Assembly: GCA_938038735.1 (NCBI GenBank)
Contig: CALHSW010000074.1
Location: 16,302-80,301, forward strand
Direction of reading: 5' to 3'
DNA length: 64,000 bases
Source: an uncultured Bacteroidia bacterium
GTDB taxonomy: Bacteria; Bacteroidota; Bacteroidia; Bacteroidales; CAJPTX01
A program made the position numbers and the translations under genes. Below are positions 36,466 through 43,330 of this stretch, one piece after another. The notes under the pieces were generated by a model, which saw nothing but the letters and a program-made list of their open reading frames with translations, did not search any database and was not told where the DNA came from. Within the stretch, counting starts at the first letter, position 1, and every line of letters begins with the position of its first letter.

Positions 36466-39114
36466 TTGACAAAGAGACTAAAGAGAGCGGCTCGTGTAGC
36501 GGTTTACATTTTGGGGGGGCTTGCATTGTTAGCGGCACTCTTGGTGACGGCAGCCGTCGTTTTTGAGAAAAAATGGGGCAACGCCGTGGTGCAGCAGAGC
36601 ATCAAGGTGCTCAATGCGCACCTACAGGTGCCCGTAACCATCAGTAGCGCCGAGTTTACCTTCTTCGATAATTTTCCCCATGCGAGCATCCACCTGCGAG
36701 ATGTGGTGGTGCGTTCAGCCCACCCGAAGACGTTCGGCAACGATACGCTGCTCATTGCTCATAGCGTCTTCCTTGTTATTAATCCATTGAAGCTGATTCG
36801 TGGGGATTATACAATAAGCGCATGCCACGTGGAGCAGGGATACCTCTCGCTGCGTACCTCTAGCCAAGGGAAGAGCAACTACGACATTTTCAAGCCCGCC
36901 GCAGCGGACGACACTGTTGCCTCCCCGCTGCGGCTCAACGTGAATCGTTTTCAGCTTTCGCAGATGGCCTGCTCGTACGGTAGCGAAAAGGCGCAGCTCA
37001 CCGTTGACCTCTTCATCGCGGAGCTCACCGCGAGTCTTCGGATCGATGGCAATCGCCAACGGCTATCGCTTGCCACCGAAGGGCTCGTAAACATGCTGAA
37101 ACAGAGAGAATTCACCTACGCCCAACGGCAACGTTTCGCTTTAGCGGGCAATGTGCTACGCGATAGCACCCGCTATGAACTCCAAAAGGGCAATTTATCA
37201 ATTGACCATAGTCGCCTAGCCATTAGCAGTTTATACGACACGAAGAGCATGGAGTTTTCGCTGCATGCGAAAAGCACCACGCTGAACCTCGCGTCGGTCC
37301 TTGCCTTCGCCTCACAGTATAAGTGGAACGTGCCGCCGCAGCTGCGCATTCGGGGGACTTTGAACGCATCGGTAGACGTAGAGGGGTCGTTAAAGGGGAA
37401 TAATGGACTCAGCATTCGGCTCAAGGCCGATGGCAAAGATCTCCCCTGCGTGTACAATGACAACAAGTTTACAATCAACCGAATAATTGCCGATTTTAGT
37501 AATGGGGAGAAAAGAAATCAAAGTACCTCATCGCTGAACATCGTGGCATGCGATCTCTCTAGCAACCGCTCCACAGCGCACACGCAGCTGTGCGTAACCA
37601 ATCTGCAACGACCATCAATATACGCAAAGTGGGATGTGAAGCTTTCTGACTCAGAATTCTTGCCCAGCTCATGGAGTAAATACGAACCACGCTACACCTC
37701 GCTGCGGACGGCCGGGGAGTACGTAGCCACATTCCCTGCACTCGATAGCATATCGCTAGCGAAGGCGATTCTCCCCAAGATGCGCATGGAGGCCGATATG
37801 GAGAAGGTGGAGGTGCGGCTCTCCCCATCCATAAAACTCACCGAAATGGAAGCGGCCCTTACCGTGGTGGACTACGATGTCACCAAGGGTATGCTGCGCG
37901 CCAAGGTGGAAGGGCAACCCTTGGAAATCGCTTTTAGCGCATCCGACTTCCTGAGGTCGGGCGTGGGGCGCACGCGCTGGACCGTCAACGCCTCGCTCGA
38001 TAATTTTGATTTCGATAGGGTGCCGTTCGGCGCCATCGCGGGCAGCGATAGCAGCAGCACAGCCAAGAATGGTGCGAGCCTATGGAACTACGCGAGGAGC
38101 ATCGATGGGGGGATCGCCATCCGTGATTCGCAATGGAAAAAGGCGCAACTCGACTCGGTGAGTATGCGGTTCTCGGCGCGCGCCGGGAATTTCAGCGGTT
38201 GGATTAACAGCGCTTCGTTCCTCGGCGGCTCTACCCGCGGCCTCGTAACGCTCTCGCAACAGGCTGATAGCACGCTGCTCCTCTCCGCCGACCTTTACGA
38301 ACGGCAGCTCGATCTGCCACAGCTCTTTAAGAGCTTTGATAATTTTAATCAGAACACCCTACGTAGCGAGAACCTTGAGGGCAAGCTCTCTGGAAAATTC
38401 AACCTTCAGATACCCTTCCATGGTGGCGCGTTCAATATGTCAGACGTGCAGGCGCAGGCAGACGTTGCGATTACCAGCGGAGCCTTGATAAACGTGCAAC
38501 CGTTAACCTACCTCTCCAAGTTCATTTCGCTCGATGAGCTTATGAATCTCCGTTTCGCAACGTTGTACAATACCATCTCCATCCGTAATGGGCGGGTATC
38601 AATACCAGCCATGCAGGTCAATTCGTCCGCGCTGAGCCTTACGGCCTCTGGGGAACACCATTTCAACGGGAGATACATCTACCGGGTAAAGGTGGGGCTG
38701 GGCGATATCCTCTTCAATAGGGTGCGGGCTAGGAAGCGAAACCTAGAGGAAAATGCCATTGCGGCTGATGACGAAAGCTCAAAGATGTGGCTGTTTTTGC
38801 TGATTGAGGGAGACGCTTCAAGTGCCTACGTGCGCTACGATACGGAGGCGCTCGGCGGCTACATTCAGGAGCGGGTAGACGTGGAGAAGGCCTCGCTGCG
38901 GGATGCCTGGAATGAGGCGCACGGCCTCCCCCGTGACGACTCGGCGCGTTTAGTAAAGGCAAGAAAGCAGAAGAGTACGCCCATTCTATGGCAGGATGAC
39001 CCCAGCGCACCGCCCCCGCCCACGCTTGACACCGCAAAAGCACCCATGAAGCCCAAAACGCCTCCATCACAGCCCCTTCCGCCGGTGATATGGGATGAGA
39101 GAGGGGCTGAGTAG
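36466..39114 (+). CDS. AsmA-family protein
   Basis: N-terminal TM anchor then ...NAHLQVPVTISSAEFTFFDNFPHASIHLRDVVV (AsmA N-terminal pattern), 882 aa, with a C-terminal AsmA_2-like region. TTG start, uncertain. Confidence 0.65.
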   Translation: MTKRLKRAARVAVYILGGLALLAALLVTAAVVFEKKWGNAVVQQSIKVLNAHLQVPVTISSAEFTFFDNFPHASIHLRDVVVRSAHPKTFGNDTLLIAHSVFLVINPLKLIRGDYTISACHVEQGYLSLRTSSQGKSNYDIFKPAAADDTVASPLRLNVNRFQLSQMACSYGSEKAQLTVDLFIAELTASLRIDGNRQRLSLATEGLVNMLKQREFTYAQRQRFALAGNVLRDSTRYELQKGNLSIDHSRLAISSLYDTKSMEFSLHAKSTTLNLASVLAFASQYKWNVPPQLRIRGTLNASVDVEGSLKGNNGLSIRLKADGKDLPCVYNDNKFTINRIIADFSNGEKRNQSTSSLNIVACDLSSNRSTAHTQLCVTNLQRPSIYAKWDVKLSDSEFLPSSWSKYEPRYTSLRTAGEYVATFPALDSISLAKAILPKMRMEADMEKVEVRLSPSIKLTEMEAALTVVDYDVTKGMLRAKVEGQPLEIAFSASDFLRSGVGRTRWTVNASLDNFDFDRVPFGAIAGSDSSSTAKNGASLWNYARSIDGGIAIRDSQWKKAQLDSVSMRFSARAGNFSGWINSASFLGGSTRGLVTLSQQADSTLLLSADLYERQLDLPQLFKSFDNFNQNTLRSENLEGKLSGKFNLQIPFHGGAFNMSDVQAQADVAITSGALINVQPLTYLSKFISLDELMNLRFATLYNTISIRNGRVSIPAMQVNSSALSLTASGEHHFNGRYIYRVKVGLGDILFNRVRARKRNLEENAIAADDESSKMWLFLLIEGDASSAYVRYDTEALGGYIQERVDVEKASLRDAWNEAHGLPRDDSARLVKARKQKSTPILWQDDPSAPPPPTLDTAKAPMKPKTPPSQPLPPVIWDERGAE

Positions 39115-39305
39115 CTATCATATCTTGCCCTTGGGCAAGGTTACCGGGGTTTTATCCCTACCGACTATTGGGAGACCGTCCTTCGGACAGGGCTGCATGG
39201 GCGGCGAAATCTTATGCAGGGTGGCAGGTTACGGCGGGGCCATGCTGGTCGTGAGGGGATGATTCTATGTGCCGTTCATGCCGTTGAACGCGGTAAGGGT
39301 CATGC

Positions 39306-39393
39306 GGGTCAGTCTTTCAGACTGTCTCGCCTTTTAGGCGAGGATCCGGGGGTTTGAAGACCCCCGGCTATTGAGAGACCGTCCTTCGGACGG
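39306..39393 (-). repeat. Four-hairpin repeat element, reverse-oriented copy C1
   Basis: GGGTCAGTCTTTCAGACTG...CGCCTTTTAGGCG...CCGGGGGTTTGAAGACCCCCGG..CCGTCCTTCGGACGG is the reverse complement of the module order of copy A1. Confidence 0.8.
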
Positions 39394-39735
39394 GCTGCAT
39401 CGGTCTGCAAAAATTTATGAGGGTTTCATAGGAAAACCTGTATGGGTTCGTGTGGAACTACGAAAGGCATAGTGTGCAGGTTATGACGAAGGGTCGTGCG
39501 ATTCCATCCGATTGAGAGACCGTTCTTCGGACAGGGCTGCATTGCGGCGAAAATTTATGCGGGTGGAAGGGATGCATGCAGGTTACGGCGTGAGCTTGGT
39601 TGCCTATGGCTGCTGCGAAACAATGCGCAAGACCGTACCGCAGCGGGTTGCGAAATGTGGGGGCGGTCATCTGCAGTGGCCCTCGCTATTGAAAGCGCAG
39701 ATATTGAGAAGGGTGCGGCGCAGCCGCTGCGCTTT

Positions 39736-39824
39736 CCGTCCGTAGGACGGTCTTTGAATAGCCGGGGGTTTTCAAACCCCCAGTACTCTGCCCACAGGGC
39801 AAAAGCAGTCTGAAAGACTGACCC
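39736..39824 (+). repeat. Four-hairpin repeat element, copy C3
   Basis: CCGTCC-GTA-GGACGG; GGGGGTTT-TC-AAACCCCC; TGCCC-ACA-GGGCA; CAGTCT-GAA-AGACTG. Confidence 0.85.
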
Positions 39825-40074
39825 TGGCGCCCCATTGTATGCGCAAATTCAACGTTGGAATTAACGCGGAAGGGCTGCAGAGCGGTGAAAATCTATGCAG
39901 GATGGGGGCATCGCATGCAGATTGCGTTGGGAGCTTGGTTACCATAGCTGCTGCAAAATAATGCGCAAGGCCATGCCGCGGCAGGTTGCGAAATGTGGGA
40001 GGCGGTCATCTGCAGTTGCCCGCGCCATCGGAAACGCAGATATTGAAAAGGGTGCGGCGCAGCCGCTGCGCCTT

Positions 40075-40163
40075 CCGTCCGTAGGACGGTCTTTGAATAG
40101 CCGGGGGTTTTCAAGCCCCCGGTACTCTGCCCACAGGGCAAAAGCAGTCTGAAAGACTGACCC
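40075..40163 (+). repeat. Four-hairpin repeat element, copy C4
   Basis: Near-identical to C3, 339 nt downstream. Confidence 0.85.
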
Positions 40164-40456
40164 TGGCGACCCATTATAAGCGCAAATTCGATGTGAGAAT
40201 TAACACGCAAGGGCTGCGCGGGTAAGCCAGATTGAGAGACCGTCCTACGGACGGGGCTGCACTGCGGCGAAAATTTATGCGGGCGGGAGGGATGCATGCA
40301 GGTTACGGCGTGAGCTTGGTTGCCTATGGCTGCTGCGAAACAATGCGCAAGACCGTACCGCTGCATGTTGCGAAATGTGGGAGGCGGTCATCTGCAGTTG
40401 CCCGTGCCATTGAAAGCGCAGATATTGAAAAGGGTGCGGCGCAGCCGCTGCGCTTT

Positions 40457-40545
40457 CCGTCCGCAGGACGGTCTTTGAATAGCCGGGGGTTTTCAAACCC
40501 CCGGTACTCTGCCCGCAGGGCAAAAGCAGTCTGAAAGACTGACCC
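40457..40545 (+). repeat. Four-hairpin repeat element, copy C6
   Basis: Near-identical to C3 and C4, 382 nt downstream of C4. Confidence 0.85.
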
Positions 40546-40694
40546 TGGCGACCTATTCCACACGAAAATTCAATGTGGGATTTCACATGGGCGGGCTGCG
40601 AGGGTAAGCCCGATTGAGAGACCGAGACTGCGGATATGGCTGCAGTATGGCGTGAGATCGCCCCCGGGGGACGCCCTAGAGTAAGGGGAGAGGG

Positions 40695-42428
40695 CTAGCA
40701 TTGGGCATTTGAAGGAGGAACGGAATCCGTTTGGGGTGCGGCCGCTAGCTCCTTGATGGTTGAGAATGGCGCCCACCATTGGCTCTCATTGTTCCGAAGG
40801 CTTTTTACTTCACCTTGCGGCACGTAGAGCGTAGCAGAGCTAGCAATTCCGATAAAGGCACTGTCGCTTACCTCCATTGTGCCGGTGTTCTGTAGGCAGT
40901 ATACCCCATTCAGCTTGCCGCAATGGCTAAAGGCATCCTCGCCTATGCTGGCAGTGCCTAGCGGGATGGTTATTTTTTCCAGGGAGGGGCAGCCGTAAAA
41001 TGCGCCATCACAGATGGTTTTGATGCTGTTTGGAAGTCTGACTGATTGAAGGGAGAGGCAGCCGTTAAATGCGGTTTCACCGATGGTTTGGACTCCATTG
41101 GGAATGGTTATGTCGGTTAGCTTGGCACCGCAAAACGCATAGTCTCCGATGGCCAGTACAGAGTTAGGAATCTTACAGGGTCCAATTCTTCCCCCTGGGT
41201 AGCTTATCAGCGTTTCGCCGTTTTTGGTGTAGAGTAAACCGTCAGTAGCTTGGTAGTTCCCATTGTCAGGGGACACCCCAAAGCTTTCCAGCGATTGGCA
41301 GTTGAGGAATGCGCCGGGCGGCACGTTGGTAACGCTTGAAGTTATATGGATCGCGGTTAGCCGGCTGCAGTAGGCAAAGGCGTAGTACCCAATTTCCTGC
41401 ACTCCTTGGGGAATTGCATAGACCCCAACCTTGCCGTTGGGGCAGGAGACGAGGGATTGCATGCCCCTGCTGAAAAGCACCCCATCTGCCGTGCAGTAGT
41501 ATTCATTACCCTCCGCCACCTCAAATCGCTGTAGCCTAGAGCATGCATTGAATGCGCTGATGCCGATGGATGCCGTACCGTTGGGGATGGCGATGGAGCT
41601 TAATGCTTGGCAGCCGAAAAATGCGTGGTCCCCGATGGTCGTTAGGCTGGGCGGGAGGGCGATAGAGACGAGGGCGCTACAGCCATAGAATGCGCCGTAA
41701 TCAATGGCGGTGACGCTGCTGGGGATGCGCACCGTGATGAGCTTGTGGCAGTTGTAAAAGGTGCCGCATTGGATGATGGTGATCCCATGGGGTAGGGATA
41801 TTGATTGGAGCTGGCTACAGTCGCTAAAGGCGTAGTTCCCAATGGTTTCCACGCTGTCGGGCAGGGTAAGGGTTTGGAGATTGCGGCAGTTGTAAAATGC
41901 ACCCTCCCCAATGGAAATTAGATTTTCGGGGAGGGTTAGAGCGGTTAGCTCGTCGCAATCTGCGAATGCGTAGTCCCCAATTGCAATCACCCCAGATGGC
42001 ATCTCGTACGTTTCGCCTTTGCGAGGAGGGTGGCGAAGGATGGTCCTTTTATCTCGGCTAAAGAGCGTTCCCGCCACAGCGCAGAGCACTTCGTTGTCGT
42101 CATCCACTTCAATCCCCTGTAGCGCGGTGCATCCGCTGAATGCGCATATTCCAATAGCCGCGACGTGCGCGGGGATGCGAATGGCGGTGATCTCCGTGCA
42201 ATCGGTGAAAGCGTAGTCGGCAATCGCCACAACCCTAAGGGGGGCGCCACTCGGGGTGGGGATTGTATTGGGGATGGCTACAGAGCCGCTAATAGCCTTG
42301 CCGTTCGGTTTGATTATGCACGCATTCTCCGTTTCGGCATATTGGAATAGCCATTCAATGCCATTGTCAACGTAGCTTACCCAGTCGTAGTTGATGTCTT
42401 CGCTGTTTAGAATCATAGCCGTTGCCAT
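40695..42428 (-). CDS. BspA-type leucine-rich-repeat protein lacking a signal peptide and T9SS CTD (paralog of 31943-33661)
   Basis: About 17 LRR_5-type repeats (IPNSVLAIGDYAFCGAKLTDITIPNGVQTIGETAFNGCLSLQSV...). The N-terminus MATAMILNSEDINYDW is not hydrophobic. An in-frame TAA lies two codons upstream of the ATG. The protein ends 20 aa after the shared ATLYV...WW motif. Confidence 0.8.
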   Translation of the reverse strand: MATAMILNSEDINYDWVSYVDNGIEWLFQYAETENACIIKPNGKAISGSVAIPNTIPTPSGAPLRVVAIADYAFTDCTEITAIRIPAHVAAIGICAFSGCTALQGIEVDDDNEVLCAVAGTLFSRDKRTILRHPPRKGETYEMPSGVIAIGDYAFADCDELTALTLPENLISIGEGAFYNCRNLQTLTLPDSVETIGNYAFSDCSQLQSISLPHGITIIQCGTFYNCHKLITVRIPSSVTAIDYGAFYGCSALVSIALPPSLTTIGDHAFFGCQALSSIAIPNGTASIGISAFNACSRLQRFEVAEGNEYYCTADGVLFSRGMQSLVSCPNGKVGVYAIPQGVQEIGYYAFAYCSRLTAIHITSSVTNVPPGAFLNCQSLESFGVSPDNGNYQATDGLLYTKNGETLISYPGGRIGPCKIPNSVLAIGDYAFCGAKLTDITIPNGVQTIGETAFNGCLSLQSVRLPNSIKTICDGAFYGCPSLEKITIPLGTASIGEDAFSHCGKLNGVYCLQNTGTMEVSDSAFIGIASSATLYVPQGEVKSLRNNESQWWAPFSTIKELAAAPQTDSVPPSNAQC

Positions 42429-42555
42429 TAGTTATAAATCCCTTGCGCCGTGTGATGTTTTGGCTGTTTCCCTTCGCGGTGTACGGCGTAAAGATGGTAA
42501 AATTTTTAAAGAATGGGTCTGTTTTTTTGTTGTGCAGCAGTAGCCATGGGCATTG

Positions 42556-42765
42556 CAACGTGAGGAAGGGTTGCAGGGTGCGACGGAACGGCATGGGCTG
42601 GAGCTCGGCGATTGGGAATGGCGTGTAAAGGACTCCAACCCGAATGATTTTTCCTTTAGTTTTTCGGCAGATGTGGCGGGGAGTTCGGTTGAGGCGGAGT
42701 ACAGCACCCGCACCGCTAGCACTGAAGACTGGACGCTCATAGAGGAGGAGCGGCAGCGTAGCAGC
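42556..42765 (+). pseudogene. Internal fragment of a TonB-dependent receptor gene (copy of 47666-47966 with two deletions)
   Basis: The fragment translates to EEGLQGATERHGLELGDWEWRVKDSNPNDFSFSFSADVAGSSVEAEYSTRTASTEDWTLIEEERQRSS, versus DEGLE..GAQGATERHGLELGDREWRVKDSNPNDFFFSFSADVAAPLPHAFQLDAGLAADVAGSSVEAEYSTRTASAEDWTPIEEERQRSS in the full gene. Confidence 0.85.
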
Positions 42766-43002
42766 ATAGGTGCACAATTTCGCGGATGCATGCGCGAGGC
42801 TAAGCGCAAACGGAAATCGCCAAAACATAGGGCGGGACAAATCGGTCATCAGCCGAAAGTTTAAGCGTACAGTCCATCCATCCCCAAGAACAGCCATTTC
42901 CCCGACTTTACCGAAGAGCAGATTGAACGAATACAGGATAAGCGCAACGCAGGGCTGCGAAAAAAAAACTCGGGTACAAAACGCCCAACGAAGCATTTTG
43001 TT

Positions 43003-43010
43003 TACCTTTG
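43003..43010 (+). promoter_or_regulatory. -7 promoter box TACCTTTG (distal candidate for the RiPP-like cassette)
   Basis: Exact TAnnTTTG match 117 nt upstream of the ATG at 43127. Confidence 0.4.
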
Positions 43011-43088
43011 CAGCCGCAGTTGTATTTGCGGGTGAAATTTTCCTTTCAAAGGTCTCAGTAGAGGATTTGCGAATTGAAAAATAAGTGC

Positions 43089-43096
43089 TACATTTG
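43089..43096 (+). promoter_or_regulatory. -7 promoter box TACATTTG (proximal candidate for the RiPP-like cassette)
   Basis: Exact TAnnTTTG match 31 nt upstream of the ATG at 43127. Confidence 0.5.
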
Positions 43097-43126
43097 CGTA
43101 GAGGTTAACTTTAAAATTTTGTTACT

Positions 43127-43309
43127 ATGGATGATTTGTTGTCTTTCAGCGTGGTAGATTTGAGCGACTTGACTGAGGGTATGTCATGTGAGATGTACGA
43201 TGGATGTCAGAATAACCATGGGCGTTGCGGGCAAGGGTGCGGTTGTGGTGGATCTAAAGGGGAGTGCGGCGGATGGATTGACCCAAAAAGTCAAATAGGT
43301 TCCCACTAG
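43127..43309 (+). CDS. Candidate RiPP precursor peptide (60 aa, six Cys, Gly-rich core)
   Basis: MDDLLSFSVVDLSDLTEGMSCEMYDGCQNNHGRCGQGCGCGGSKGECGGWIDPKSQIGSH. It has an acidic, Cys-free N-terminal 17 aa and a Cys/Gly-rich core. ATG start 31 nt after a -7 box, stop 21 nt before the rSAM gene. Confidence 0.65.
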   Translation: MDDLLSFSVVDLSDLTEGMSCEMYDGCQNNHGRCGQGCGCGGSKGECGGWIDPKSQIGSH

Positions 43310-43330
43310 CATTAAGCAGCGAGATTGGAA

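Larger units (their letters stand above)
39121..40640. repeat. About 1.5 kb repeat array: mixed-orientation element fragments followed by three tandem units of ~340-380 bp
   Basis: The landmark GCGGTCATCTGCAGT occurs at 39663, 40002 and 40384 (periods 339 and 382). CCGTCCG.AGGACGG occurs at 39736, 40075 and 40457 with the same periods. Confidence 0.85.

Noticed and set aside
39496-40534. Three similar ~85-105-aa ORFs (39496-39813, 39895-40152, 40232-40534) and their relatives at 31020-31277 and 31350-31685, which could be a repeated small-protein family.
   Set aside because: Their similarity is explained entirely by the underlying DNA repeats. They run through hairpin modules, occur on opposite strands in different regions, are Arg/Gly/Ala-rich as expected for translated GC-rich non-coding DNA, and lack promoter boxes.
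39121-40640. Possible CRISPR array, because of the regularly spaced repeats.
   Set aside because: The repeat period is ~340-380 bp rather than ~60-75 bp. The 'spacers' are themselves repeated between units. No cas genes or leader are present in the window.
40695-42428. The second LRR gene could be a silent donor cassette for gene conversion of the secreted LRR gene.
   Set aside because: By eye the two genes are similar at the protein-motif level but not over long stretches of nucleotide identity, so homologous recombination between them is not supported. It is kept only as a remark under the LRR finding.
42367-42996. A 209-aa minus-strand ORF in the region between the LRR gene and the RiPP-like cassette.
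   Set aside because: It reads antisense through the receptor-gene fragment and overlaps the 5' end of the LRR gene. It has no recognisable motifs or promoter box. The parallel antisense ORF at 47540-47941 shows it is a by-product of the duplicated sequence.
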